Positions 38,953 through 49,332 are shown, counted from the first letter of the stretch. The stretch: DNA of 64,000 bases from Clostridia bacterium (GCA_051886195.1 JBJEXW010000003.1:23844-87843), one strand, 5' to 3'. A program made the numbers and translations. The notes: generated by a model from the sequence alone, not told the origin.

Positions 38953-39678
38953 ATGATGAATTTAGAAAGCTATAGATATATTGCACATCGAGGCCTATAT
39001 GATAAACTAGACATTCCAGAAAATTCCATGAAGGCTTTTGAAAATGCAATTTTAAAAGGATATGCAATAGAACTAGATGTGAATATGACATTAGATGGAT
39101 ATTTAGTTGTATTTCATGATGAAAGTCTTAAAAGAATGACTGGCATAAAAAATAATATTACCAATTTAAATTTAAATGAAATAAAAAAATTAAAGCTATT
39201 AGGCTCAGATAATACTATACCTACATTTGAAGACGTTTTGATGCTAGTAAATGGAAAAGTACCTTTAATGATAGAAGTAAAGAAAAATGAGAAGTATAAA
39301 GAATTGATGCCCAAACTCATTAATTTGCTACAAAAATATAATGGTGAATATGTTATTGAATCTTTTGATCCAAGGATTATTTATTGGCTTAAGAAAAATT
39401 CACCAGATATTATAAGAGGACAATTAGCATCAAAGAAAATAAGAGAGGTAAAGAATAGATTTTTAAAATTTCTTCTTGGAAAAATGTTTTTTAATTTCAT
39501 TACAAAACCACAATTTGTTTCATATCTGTTTACTGAGGTAGACACAAAGTTTTATAAAAAACAAAAAAGAAAAAATAGAGATGTTGCAGTTTGGACTATA
39601 AAAAACAAAGAAGATTATAACAAAGTAAAAAATAGTTCAGATATGTTTATTTTTGAAAATGAGGAGACAATAAAATAA
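38953..39678 (+). CDS. Glycerophosphodiester phosphodiesterase family protein
   Basis: HRG..ENS..AF; E-D motifs. Confidence 0.65.
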   Translation: MMNLESYRYIAHRGLYDKLDIPENSMKAFENAILKGYAIELDVNMTLDGYLVVFHDESLKRMTGIKNNITNLNLNEIKKLKLLGSDNTIPTFEDVLMLVNGKVPLMIEVKKNEKYKELMPKLINLLQKYNGEYVIESFDPRIIYWLKKNSPDIIRGQLASKKIREVKNRFLKFLLGKMFFNFITKPQFVSYLFTEVDTKFYKKQKRKNRDVAVWTIKNKEDYNKVKNSSDMFIFENEETIK

Positions 39679-39691
39679 AGTCTCCTCATTA

Positions 39692-40273
39692 TTATATTCC
39701 TGCTACATGATGTGTAAGTTTTTTATAGCATTTTCTACATACTGCCTTATACGAGTCATTACCACCAATTAATATATCTGGACCTGTTGTTACAGGAACT
39801 CCACTAATCATACGCATATTTACTGTTGCCTTTCTTCCACAATCACAAATGGTTTTTATTTCTTCAATTTTATCTGCCATTTCCATTAGCGGTTCTGAAC
39901 CTTCAAAAAATCTCATTTTAAAATTTGTTCTAAGTCCATAACAAATAACTGGAATTTCTAAAATATCTACAATATCTGTTAATTGCATTACTTGTTTTCT
40001 ATTTAAAAATTGTGCTTCATCAATTAGTATACAATCTGGCTTTTCATCAAGCTGTTTGATTTGCCTATAAATATTTGTATCACTATCGAATGTTAAAGCA
40101 TCAGATTGAATACCAATTCTTGTTGTTATTTTTCCTACTTCATACCTATCATCAATTCTAGCAGTATAAATTATAACTTTCTGACCTCTTTCTTTATAGT
40201 TATATGCTACTTTTAATAAATCTATAGTTTTTCCACTTCCCATTGCTCCATATCTAAAGTATAATTTTGCCAT
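39692..40273 (-). CDS. tdk: Thymidine kinase
   Basis: GAMGSGKT; C-terminal Zn motif. Confidence 0.9.
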   Translation of the reverse strand: MAKLYFRYGAMGSGKTIDLLKVAYNYKERGQKVIIYTARIDDRYEVGKITTRIGIQSDALTFDSDTNIYRQIKQLDEKPDCILIDEAQFLNRKQVMQLTDIVDILEIPVICYGLRTNFKMRFFEGSEPLMEMADKIEEIKTICDCGRKATVNMRMISGVPVTTGPDILIGGNDSYKAVCRKCYKKLTHHVAGI

Positions 40274-40470
40274 ATTTTCCTCCTAAATTTAAAAAAATTA
40301 TAACATATAGTTTGTACAATGTTAATATAAAAATGACAATAAAAATTATTTTTTTTTATATATTGACATGATAATTTTTTTCATATATAATGGGGTCAGT
40401 TGTAATACATGATGAGCTAAATAATTATTTACTTGGCATCCTGAAAAATTATTATTAAGGAGGGATATAT

Positions 40471-41427
40471 ATGAGAAATTATAGCCAAATAGTAGAGAAA
40501 ATGAAAAAAGATCAGCTCACGTTAAAGCAACTAAGATTATCTATGGAGGATATTAATTATCTAAGAGATATAGGTTACATTATAAAAGAACAATATGATC
40601 CTAGAAAAGGAGAAGATGTTTATTATATTGTAGACTCAGGAGATACTGCTTATATAAAAATTTCTGATTCACCTAAGAAGGGACAAAGTGTAGTGCTAAA
40701 ACTACTTGAAATATCTGATTTGCATGTTGGATGCAGAAATTTTGATAAAAAAGGCTTAGATAAGACACTCCAAGAAGCAAAAAATAGAGGCGTTGAGTTT
40801 GTTCATATTTCAGGAGACTTGATTGATGGCTTTGGTGTATATAAAGGTCAAGAAAATAACCTTAAACATAACAGAGCTATTGAACAAGTAAACGAGCTAA
40901 TGTCAATACTTGAAAAGTATGATTTTTGGTATATTGCTAGTATGGGAAACCATGACCAATCTTTCTGTATGAAAGGTGGAGTAGATCCAATTAAATACTT
41001 GGAAAGTAAAATGGCAAAAAAAGGTAAGAGATTTACCTATTTAAATTCTTATGAAGGAAATATTATTCATGCAGGAATTGTATTTAGACTAATTCATTTA
41101 CAAGGAAGTGCAGCAAGAGCAGCATCATATAAGGTTCAAGTATATCTTTCAAGAGTTTTTGAAAGTAACTTAAATGATGTATGTATTGGTGGAAAAGTAT
41201 ATAACTTAAGAAGTATTCAAGCGGGACATTTTCATACTTTTTATTCACTATCAATGAGTGGTATTAGAATCATAATGCCTGGAAATTTTCAGCGTGATGG
41301 AGACCTTGAAAAGAGAATGGGAATCTCAGGAAAAACTGGAGGCATATTTAGTGAGCTCACAATAGTTGGAGATAAAATTGCAAGGGAAAAAATTGAATTT
41401 TTTAATCCTTGGAAAGAGGAGGGATAG
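40471..41427 (+). CDS. Metallophosphoesterase (calcineurin-like), catalytic motifs intact
   Basis: Motifs DLH, GDLID, GNHD, GHFH. Confidence 0.5.
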   Translation: MRNYSQIVEKMKKDQLTLKQLRLSMEDINYLRDIGYIIKEQYDPRKGEDVYYIVDSGDTAYIKISDSPKKGQSVVLKLLEISDLHVGCRNFDKKGLDKTLQEAKNRGVEFVHISGDLIDGFGVYKGQENNLKHNRAIEQVNELMSILEKYDFWYIASMGNHDQSFCMKGGVDPIKYLESKMAKKGKRFTYLNSYEGNIIHAGIVFRLIHLQGSAARAASYKVQVYLSRVFESNLNDVCIGGKVYNLRSIQAGHFHTFYSLSMSGIRIIMPGNFQRDGDLEKRMGISGKTGGIFSELTIVGDKIAREKIEFFNPWKEEG

Positions 41428-42392
41428 ATATGAATGAAGATTTTTTAACCTCACAAAAAGCAACTAATGCGCTTTCAAAAATGCGTTCTAAAGCTTGTAC
41501 ACTCGAAGAATTGGAACTATCTAAGGAAGAAATCGAGGAACTAATTTCAGCCACAGGTAATATAAATTACAATAGTACAAATGAAACATACTATATAACT
41601 AAATTTAACGAGAATAACTATGAAATAATTTCCTTTTTAAACAAAGAATCAGTAACAGAAAAATGGCTTGAGTTAAGCGATATATACTTAGGAAGTAAAT
41701 TTTGTGACTTTGATACATTAGTATATATGCTAGATTATGCAAAAGAAAAAGGTGTTGTCAATGTTCATATTGCTGGAGATTTATGTGCTGGACATCCTGC
41801 ATATAAAAAACAAGATTTATATCTTACTGCTAAAACTGCTCAAGAGCAAGCGGATATTGCTATTGAACTTTTCTCTAAGTATCCAGAGTTTAAATATTAT
41901 TGCATTAATGGAGAAAGGGACTTATCTTTTGAAAAAGGCGATTCTATTAATCCAATAATCTTAGTTCAAAGAGGATTAAGTGAAAGAGGAATAGAATTTC
42001 ATCATATTAATGAGGTTGTAGCAAATTTAGTAATACAAGGAGTAGTAAAAAAAATTCAGCATGGAACCGGACGACTTGCTTATACTAAGTCATATAAAAT
42101 AGAAAAGGAAATGTGGCAACAGTTTGAAAATATGAGTGATAATGTGTTAATAAAGAATAGAAATTATAATATATGTTTTGTTCAGTTTGGACATTATCAT
42201 GTAAATAGCTATCAAGTATTGGGAGGAATACATATTACTTCAACAGCAGGAATGGTTTTTGATGATAAAGGAGTATTAAACGAAAATACATCTTATCCAT
42301 CAGCAAAGATTTCTACAGCGGTTATAAAAAATGGTAAGGTGAAAAAATTTGAAACAGAAACCGTTATGAATCCCAAAAATGTTATAGTGTAA
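41409..42392 (+). CDS. Metallophosphoesterase paralog with degenerate metal ligands
   Basis: Corresponding motifs are DIY, GDLCAG, GERD, GHYH. Confidence 0.45.
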   Translation: MERGGIDMNEDFLTSQKATNALSKMRSKACTLEELELSKEEIEELISATGNINYNSTNETYYITKFNENNYEIISFLNKESVTEKWLELSDIYLGSKFCDFDTLVYMLDYAKEKGVVNVHIAGDLCAGHPAYKKQDLYLTAKTAQEQADIAIELFSKYPEFKYYCINGERDLSFEKGDSINPIILVQRGLSERGIEFHHINEVVANLVIQGVVKKIQHGTGRLAYTKSYKIEKEMWQQFENMSDNVLIKNRNYNICFVQFGHYHVNSYQVLGGIHITSTAGMVFDDKGVLNENTSYPSAKISTAVIKNGKVKKFETETVMNPKNVIV

Positions 42393-42483
42393 AAGTACTT
42401 CAATTTGAAGTGCTTTTTTATTATATTAGAGATAATTTCTATTATAAAAAATTTAATCAAGATTTAGTATAAATATTGAAATG

Positions 42484-42603
42484 TTGGAAAATCATGTGAA
42501 ATATGGTATAATTATATTAGCATATAAGATGGGCGATATTTTTTCTTATATGTTGTGTTATAAACATGGGAGATATATTAAGTCATATCTCCTTATTTTT
42601 TTA
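42484..42603 (+). ncRNA. Candidate small RNA / leader (promoter TTGGAA, 17 nt, TGgTATAAT to an intrinsic terminator)
   Basis: ~85-nt transcript ending gggagatat-attaagtc-atatctcc plus T-run; contains a 33-codon ORF with no RBS. Confidence 0.25.
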
Positions 42604-42648
42604 TATTCCATAATATTGACAAAGAAATAATAATTATTTATTATTAAA

Positions 42649-43131
42649 ATGGGAGGGAGTAATATGAAAAAATATATAATTATTGCTTTATGTATAGTTA
42701 TTATTTTGATTGGATGCATAGTAGCAGTAAATATTTATAATGTTGAAAAAATTAAAATATTAAGTGATGATAATAAGCAAGTTGAAGCTTTAAAATATAT
42801 TTATGAAGATTTTGTAGATGGATTTAATTTAAATAATAAAAATTTATATCTAGATGATAGTTGTTTAAAAAATTTTATAACAGGAAATGAATTTGACGAA
42901 AGTAATAAATCTATACTAAAGTCTATTGAAATTGAAAATGAAGAATTTGAATTTTTATATAAAATTACTACAAAGTATAATAATGAAACTTCAACTTTGA
43001 CACTTCTATTAGAAAGAGAAGATGGAGGAGAAACTAGTAGACAAAATTACAAGATATATGTTAAAAATAATAGTATAAAGTATGAAAAGGATAAATTAGG
43101 AAGTACAACTTTTATTGATTTTGCACAATAA
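42649..43131 (+). CDS. Lipoprotein / membrane-anchored hypothetical protein
   Basis: Signal-anchor sequence with an LIGC lipobox. Confidence 0.4.
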   Translation: MGGSNMKKYIIIALCIVIILIGCIVAVNIYNVEKIKILSDDNKQVEALKYIYEDFVDGFNLNNKNLYLDDSCLKNFITGNEFDESNKSILKSIEIENEEFEFLYKITTKYNNETSTLTLLLEREDGGETSRQNYKIYVKNNSIKYEKDKLGSTTFIDFAQ

Positions 43132-43284
43132 CTTTATAATTTATATATAAAGAGATATGTTAGTTCATATCTCTTTAATTTATATACATTGTATATAAAT
43201 CTTTTTTTCATTCAAATAATTAAATATAAAAAAATATCAAGCTTCTGAATATACAGAAAACTTGATATTTTACCATTGTTTAGA

Positions 43285-43360
43285 TGGAGCTGAAACTCAG
43301 ATTCGAACTGAGGACCTACGGTTTACAAGACCGTTGCTCTACCAACTGAGCTATTCCAGC
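43285..43360 (-). tRNA. tRNA-Thr (anticodon TGT)
   Basis: GCTGGAATAGCTCAGTTGGTAGAGCAACGGTCTTGTAAACCG... Confidence 0.85.
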
Positions 43361-43375
43361 AAATATACTTTTTAA

Positions 43376-43451
43376 TGGTGACCCGTAGGAGAGTCGAACT
43401 CCTCACTCCGCCGTGAAAGGGCGATGTCTTAACCGATTGACCAACGGGCCC
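43376..43451 (-). tRNA. tRNA-Glu (anticodon TTC)
   Basis: GGGCCCGTTGGTCAATCGGTTAAGACATCGCCCTTTCACGGCG... Confidence 0.85.
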
Positions 43452-43457
43452 CATTTG

Positions 43458-43533
43458 TGGTGAGCCATCGCAGATTCGAACTGCGGACAACTTGATTAAA
43501 AGTCAAGTGCTCTGCCAACTGAGCTAATGGCCC
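43458..43533 (-). tRNA. tRNA-Lys (anticodon TTT)
   Basis: GGGCCATTAGCTCAGTTGGCAGAGCACTTGACTTTTAATCAAG... Confidence 0.85.
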
Positions 43534-43973
43534 ATCAAAGTATATTACAATCAGTTTCACAACTGACTGCGCATATATAATACTACAAATTTGAGACCTT
43601 GTCAATAGATTTTTTATAAAAAAAGTAAAAAAGTGTAAATTTTTATAAAAAAATAACATATTTCAACAAACTAACATTTGGCAAATAGTCTAGTTTTATA
43701 ATATGAGGTAAAAACTATTGAAACCACATTAATGCCATGCTAGTATATTTGTGTGATTCAAATATTTTTTTCTTAATATTATTTTTTCTTATTTTTTTAT
43801 TCTTATACGTTTCTTCATATATTATTATATTCTAAATGTATTAGTTTGTGATTTTGATTTTTTTATTTGGAAGAGGAAAATAATCAATTTTAAAGGATAC
43901 ATTTGCAACTTTGGTTTAAACTAGAAAAAATTATAATATTTGAATCACAATTATATTTTGAAAGGGTGATTCT

Positions 43974-44297
43974 ATGAAATTAAAATTATTTTTGTGTATT
44001 GTGTGTATAATACTTGTTTCAATTTGGATTACAAGTGTATATGCCGCAACTACTACGCCTAGTTTAGTTACTAAAATTAATTCAGCTTTTACAAAAATTC
44101 AATCATATCTTAAAAAAATATCAACTCCAATTGCTGGAGTATGCATTACAAGTGGAATACTAATTAGAAAATTAAGTTTTGGCGATGAAAAAAAGATGGT
44201 GATTGGAAAAAGAATAATAACAAATAGTATTGTAGGTTATGCGTCTATTCAGCTTTTGGATCTTATAATTAAGTTTATAGAAACTATAGTAAAATAA
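43974..44297 (+). CDS. Secreted/membrane protein, VirB2/TrbC-like topology (putative)
   Basis: Signal peptide followed by two hydrophobic helices. Confidence 0.25.
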   Translation: MKLKLFLCIVCIILVSIWITSVYAATTTPSLVTKINSAFTKIQSYLKKISTPIAGVCITSGILIRKLSFGDEKKMVIGKRIITNSIVGYASIQLLDLIIKFIETIVK

Positions 44298-45106
44298 TGA
44301 ATGATATAATAAGTAATTTTAATACAATTATTAATAAATTATATTTTTCTATTAAAAATGAAGGATATCAAATGCTAGATAAAATTTCAAATATTGATAC
44401 AAGTATTTTTGAAAAAGAACCACTAAAAACTTTATATTCAAAAGATAATATAGATAATTTAATGTTAATAATAAGTTGTTTTATTATAGCAATTATAATA
44501 TACTATGCTATTAAATGTTTGATAAATTTATATAGTGATACTAGTATTGAAAATATATATTTTTTTATAATAAAAATAATAGTAATATCTATATTGAGTT
44601 TAAATAGCTTTACTATTTGTAAGCAAATTATAAATATAAATTACTTATTTAGTGATACTATTAGTTGCTTTTTAGAAGAAATATCAGGTAAAAAATTAGA
44701 TTATAAATTTCTAGATGAAAACATTTCAAATCTTGAAGAATTTTTTAAATCAGTTGACAAAGTAAGTATAAATGGAATAAAAGATTCTATTATATGTACT
44801 TATATTATATCTTTGATTATATTTTTTTCAATAAGATACGTTACTATACTATTATGTATTATTTTTTCTCCTGTTGCGTTTTTTAGCTTGATTTTATCTA
44901 GTAAAAAATTTTTATTTTATACTTGGGAAAAAATCTTTTTAGTTAATCTAATTATACAATTTGTTAATAAGATTATAATATTTATTCCAGTTGTAAGTAA
45001 AAGTGAAAAAGAAATTTATTCTTCAATTTTAATCGGAAGTGCTTTTATTATGTTTAAATTGAATAAATTAGTAGGTGACATTAAATTTTATGGACAGAAT
45101 AAATAA
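44297..45106 (+). CDS. Polytopic membrane protein
   Basis: About 6 TM helices; very AT-rich. Confidence 0.3.
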   Translation: MNDIISNFNTIINKLYFSIKNEGYQMLDKISNIDTSIFEKEPLKTLYSKDNIDNLMLIISCFIIAIIIYYAIKCLINLYSDTSIENIYFFIIKIIVISILSLNSFTICKQIININYLFSDTISCFLEEISGKKLDYKFLDENISNLEEFFKSVDKVSINGIKDSIICTYIISLIIFFSIRYVTILLCIIFSPVAFFSLILSSKKFLFYTWEKIFLVNLIIQFVNKIIIFIPVVSKSEKEIYSSILIGSAFIMFKLNKLVGDIKFYGQNK

Positions 45107-45419
45107 ACAAAGAGTTTTTAATTTTTATAATAGAACAAATAAATGGCTAGGAATAATAGACTATAAAACATTATCTTTTTGTATAATATATTTATTAATT
45201 ATTATTAAATTTGTATCTAAGTTTAATATTTCTTTATTTATTAAATTATATATATGTTTAATATGTATATTGCCTTTATTTATATTTATCATTTTAAATG
45301 TCCAAGAAGAAAGTATAATAGATAAGCTTATAATTATTATACTATTTTTTATTACTAGAAGAAAATTTGTAAATATGAAATTTTTTTCAAAGGAAAAGAC
45401 TATATATAAAAAAATGTAG
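45075..45419 (+). CDS. PrgI/VirB3-like small membrane protein (putative)
   Basis: 2 TM helices plus the C-terminus FFITRRKF, as in the PrgI/TcpE family. Confidence 0.25.
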   Translation: MTLNFMDRINKQRVFNFYNRTNKWLGIIDYKTLSFCIIYLLIIIKFVSKFNISLFIKLYICLICILPLFIFIILNVQEESIIDKLIIIILFFITRRKFVNMKFFSKEKTIYKKM

Positions 45420-45488
45420 AAAAATAGCATATTGAAAAATAAAGGTAAAAGTGATATAATGAACCCCAGTTGAGTAGGAGATTTATTT

Positions 45489-46460
45489 ATGAAGTTTATA
45501 CAGAAAAACAAACTGGAACTAGGAGATACTTTGGTGCCAGATTTATTTATTTTAAATAACATGAAATCATTAAGTGGAAATGATTTAAAAGTGTATATGT
45601 ATATTTTATACTTATTTAAAAAAGGGGCAGATGTTGATTCAGATATAATAACTAAAGATTTAGAATTAACACCTGATGAGTTTAAAACAAGCATTGAAGT
45701 ATTACAAGCGGAAGAATTACTACAAAAAACTACTAGAGGACTACTAGTTGTAGATTTAAAAGAAGCTGAAATAAATAAATCTTATATACCTAAATTTGAA
45801 AATAAACCTAAAAAGTATGAAAATGTAATAGATGAAAAAAGAAAAGCAGCTGTGGAAGCTATTTGTGAGAGCTTTTTTGGCGGAATAATGTCATATAATT
45901 GGAGTATAGATATAGGAAATTTATTTAACATGTATTCTTTTTCAGAAGAAGTAATGATTGCTCTTTTTCAATATTGTAAAGAGAGAAATGCTTTAAACAG
46001 AAAATACGTTTTTGCTGTTGCAGAAACATGGCATAATGGTGGAGTTAAAACTTTTGAAGAGTTAGAAAGCTTTTTGGATAATTATGATAAATTTAGTAAA
46101 ATTAAACAAAAAATTTCTAAGGCTCTTAACTTAGGAAGAAGTTTGTCTAAATATGAAGAAGTTTATGTAAAAAAATGGATAGAAGAATACGATTATGATT
46201 TTACAATAATAGAAGAGGGATTAAAAAGAAGTACTTCAACAACTAATCCATCAATAAAATATATAGATGCAATAATATCTAGCTGGTACAAAAAAGGATT
46301 TAGAACTGTTGATGAAATACTTGAAAGTGAAAATCCAAAACCTGTTGTAGAAAAAAAAGTTGAGGTAAAAAGAATCTCTTCTGAACCTAAGAAAAAAAGT
46401 TATCAAAGTTATTCTCAAAGAGAATATGATAGTTCAGATGATTTTTATGATGAAATATAG
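45489..46460 (+). CDS. DnaD-domain replication initiation/membrane attachment protein
   Basis: N-terminal wHTH; DnaD-like C-terminal domain (YVFAVAETWHNGGVKTFEEL). Confidence 0.65.
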   Translation: MKFIQKNKLELGDTLVPDLFILNNMKSLSGNDLKVYMYILYLFKKGADVDSDIITKDLELTPDEFKTSIEVLQAEELLQKTTRGLLVVDLKEAEINKSYIPKFENKPKKYENVIDEKRKAAVEAICESFFGGIMSYNWSIDIGNLFNMYSFSEEVMIALFQYCKERNALNRKYVFAVAETWHNGGVKTFEELESFLDNYDKFSKIKQKISKALNLGRSLSKYEEVYVKKWIEEYDYDFTIIEEGLKRSTSTTNPSIKYIDAIISSWYKKGFRTVDEILESENPKPVVEKKVEVKRISSEPKKKSYQSYSQREYDSSDDFYDEI

Positions 46461-46469
46461 TAGAAAGGA

Positions 46470-47483
46470 GTGAGTCATATGCAAAGTAGTGTTTATAGAA
46501 AAGTTGAAGGAGATTTTAGCATAAAGAGGCAACATGCTCAAAGCGATGCACGACATTTTAAAAAGAATGTATATGACGAAAATCCAAAGCTAGCAGAGAT
46601 AGAAGACAAAATAAATAAACTCTCTTTAAAGTCAATAAAATCAAGAATATTTTCAGATGATTTAAGTAGACAGATTGAACAAGATAAACTTACATTGCAA
46701 TTAGATAGATTAGATAGAGAATATATAGAACAATTAACAAGAATTGGTCTTACTAAAAAAGACTTTGAACCAAAGTATGAATGCACTAAATGTAATGACA
46801 CTGGATATGTTGGAAATAAGATGTGTAGTTGTTTTAATCAAGCATTAATCAATGAATCTTTTAAACAATCTAATATATGTAAGTTAAAAGATGAAAATTT
46901 TGAAACTTTTGACTTTGGGTATTATTCTTCTAATAATGATAAAGAAAAATATGGTATAGAAAAGTCTCCTTTAGAAAATATTGATGCTATAAGAAAATTA
47001 GCATATAATTTTTCTCATAATTTAGATGAACCTAGCCAAAAAAATCTATTATTTACTGGAAGTACAGGACTTGGAAAAACATTTCTTGCAAATTGCGTTG
47101 CCGCAGAGACAATAAAACAAGGAAAATCAGTTATTTATCAAACTGCTCCGATATTATTAGATAAAATGGTAGATTTTAAGTTTAAGCTAAACAAAACAGA
47201 AGCTGAAAGAGAAGAATATGATAAAATTTTTACTGTTGACTTATTAATATTAGATGATTTGGGAACAGAAGCTATGAATAATGCAAAATTTAGTGAATTA
47301 TTTAATATTTTAAACACAAGATTATTAAAAGATAAAAAAATACTTATTTCAACTAATTTAACACCACAAGATATAAAGAGAGAATATGAAGAAAGAATAT
47401 TTTCAAGATTTGTTGGTGATTTTATAATTTGTAGATTTGTTGGAGAAGATATAAGATTATTAAAAAAGAAATTGGCAAAATAG
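46470..47483 (+). CDS. DnaI/DnaC-like helicase loader (IstB-type AAA+)
   Basis: Zn-finger CTKCNDTG..CSC; Walker A GSTGLGKT; Walker B LLILDDLG. Confidence 0.7.
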   Translation: MSHMQSSVYRKVEGDFSIKRQHAQSDARHFKKNVYDENPKLAEIEDKINKLSLKSIKSRIFSDDLSRQIEQDKLTLQLDRLDREYIEQLTRIGLTKKDFEPKYECTKCNDTGYVGNKMCSCFNQALINESFKQSNICKLKDENFETFDFGYYSSNNDKEKYGIEKSPLENIDAIRKLAYNFSHNLDEPSQKNLLFTGSTGLGKTFLANCVAAETIKQGKSVIYQTAPILLDKMVDFKFKLNKTEAEREEYDKIFTVDLLILDDLGTEAMNNAKFSELFNILNTRLLKDKKILISTNLTPQDIKREYEERIFSRFVGDFIICRFVGEDIRLLKKKLAK

Positions 47484-47585
47484 AAATGTTTTGTCATTTT
47501 TTTTGCTTATTTGACAAAAATGATATAATGAAAGCGCAGATTTTTATAAAATGCTTAAATAATAATTTGTGGGAAGTGATGAATA

Positions 47586-48374
47586 ATGAATAATTTCAGT
47601 TTTTATGTATTAGGAAATTTTTCTCCTAATATTAATACTTTCGGAAAACGAAAGAGTACATGCTATTTGTTAAAAGGATTTAGTAAGTATATTTTTCTAG
47701 ACTTTGGCGCTGGAGTTTTTTCTAAGTTTTTAAATATGGTTAAAGACAATAAGATATCTTTAGATAATATTTGTATAATAATATCACACAATCATGTGGA
47801 TCATAATTTATCATTGCTATCTTTGGGTGTATATTTGTTAAAATACAACAAGAAAAATAATAAAAAAATAAAAGTGGATGTCGTTTTACCTAAAAGAAGT
47901 ATAGTTTTTAATATAATAAGTAAATTTAAAGATGTATATGATATTCATATATTAGATGAAAATACTATAATACATATAGATAATGCAATCTTTTCTTTTT
48001 GTGAAACTATACATAAAGGAAAATCTTATGCAACTAAAATACAAGTAGGAAATAGAGCTTTTGTTTATACATCAGATATAGCAAGATATTCAAGTAAACT
48101 TAGAAAATTTGTTGATGGAAGTGATTCAGTATTAATTGATGCTGGATATCCTAGAAAGAGACTTAAGTTGTTTAGAAATTATCATGGAATTACAAAAGAA
48201 ATATTAAATGAAACAGCAAAGTTAGAGGTTAGAAAAATATATGCTACTCATATTAGATTTTTTTCTAATGTAAAAGATTACTATAGTAGTTTTCCAAAAA
48301 ACATAGATACAGAACTTGTAGCAATTGATAAGGACTATAGAATGTTTAAATCTAAAAAAAAGAATACATTTTAG
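47586..48374 (+). CDS. MBL-fold metallo-hydrolase
   Basis: HNHVDH motif. Confidence 0.55.
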   Translation: MNNFSFYVLGNFSPNINTFGKRKSTCYLLKGFSKYIFLDFGAGVFSKFLNMVKDNKISLDNICIIISHNHVDHNLSLLSLGVYLLKYNKKNNKKIKVDVVLPKRSIVFNIISKFKDVYDIHILDENTIIHIDNAIFSFCETIHKGKSYATKIQVGNRAFVYTSDIARYSSKLRKFVDGSDSVLIDAGYPRKRLKLFRNYHGITKEILNETAKLEVRKIYATHIRFFSNVKDYYSSFPKNIDTELVAIDKDYRMFKSKKKNTF

Positions 48375-48402
48375 GTATAACCAAAAATGTATTCTTTTTT
48401 CT

Positions 48403-49332
48403 TTAATAATTAAATTCTTCACGTTTTCTTTCAATTTTTAATAGTTGCTCATAAAGTTTTTCTTCTCTTTCAGATATGTCCTCAGGTAAGTCTATATGTA
48501 CTTTTAGATTAAGATCTCCTCTTGAACCATCTTCAGAAATGTATCCTTTGTTTGGTACGGTAACAACTTCACCATCTCTTAAACGTTTAGGAAGTGATAC
48601 AAATAATTTTTCATCCATTACTTGCAATTTATATTTTCCACCAAGAGCAGCAACAGCAGGAGTTATATTTATTTCTTTAATAAAGTCAGAACCAGAAATT
48701 TTTAATTCATCGTCTTCAAGTAATTTTACGTGAATTATTAAATCTCCATTTTTTCCTCCATTTTTCCCAGGATTGCCAAGAGCTGCTAACCTAATTTTAT
48801 CTCCATTTTTTATACCGACAGGTACTTTTACTGAAAATGTTTTCATGCCTGTTTTGTATGCTTTAATTGCAATTTTCTTCTCTGCACCAAAAAAACCTTC
48901 TTCAAGAGTTACGTCCAAGTGTGTCACTATATCTGTTCCTTTTATTGGCTTTTGTTTTCTATCTAGAGAGTCTATATCATCACTTGAGTTTTGAGACGTA
49001 TTGTCTTTTCTAAATCCAAGTATTTGATTTAATATGTCATTAAATACATTAGCTCCAGATTTAAATTCATATTTAACGTCTTGAAGCCCAGACTCAATAT
49101 TAGCAAAACCGTAACCATATTTCGCCACTTGTCTATCATATTTTCTTCTTTTTTCTGCGTCCATCAAAACTGCGTATGCTTCATTAATATCTTTAAACTT
49201 TTCTTCTGCTCCAGGTGCTTTATTTTTATCTGGATGATATTCTTTAGCAAGTCTTCTAAAATTTAATTTTATATCTTGATCAGAACTTTTTCTGTTTACT
49301 TCTAATATTGCATAATAGTTTTTGTATTTCAT
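48403..49332 (-). CDS. DnaJ-domain protein (CbpA-like; J domain + DnaJ C-terminal domains, no Zn finger)
   Basis: YYAILEV..HPDKN. Confidence 0.7.
   Translation of the reverse strand: MKYKNYYAILEVNRKSSDQDIKLNFRRLAKEYHPDKNKAPGAEEKFKDINEAYAVLMDAEKRRKYDRQVAKYGYGFANIESGLQDVKYEFKSGANVFNDILNQILGFRKDNTSQNSSDDIDSLDRKQKPIKGTDIVTHLDVTLEEGFFGAEKKIAIKAYKTGMKTFSVKVPVGIKNGDKIRLAALGNPGKNGGKNGDLIIHVKLLEDDELKISGSDFIKEINITPAVAALGGKYKLQVMDEKLFVSLPKRLRDGEVVTVPNKGYISEDGSRGDLNLKVHIDLPEDISEREEKLYEQLLKIERKREEFNY

Noticed and set aside
41737-41958. Internal same-strand ORFs (41737..41958 and 55585..55767)
   Set aside because: They are alternative frames inside well-supported larger genes.
43429-43659. 76-aa minus-strand ORF
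   Set aside because: It lies across the tRNA-Glu and tRNA-Lys genes.
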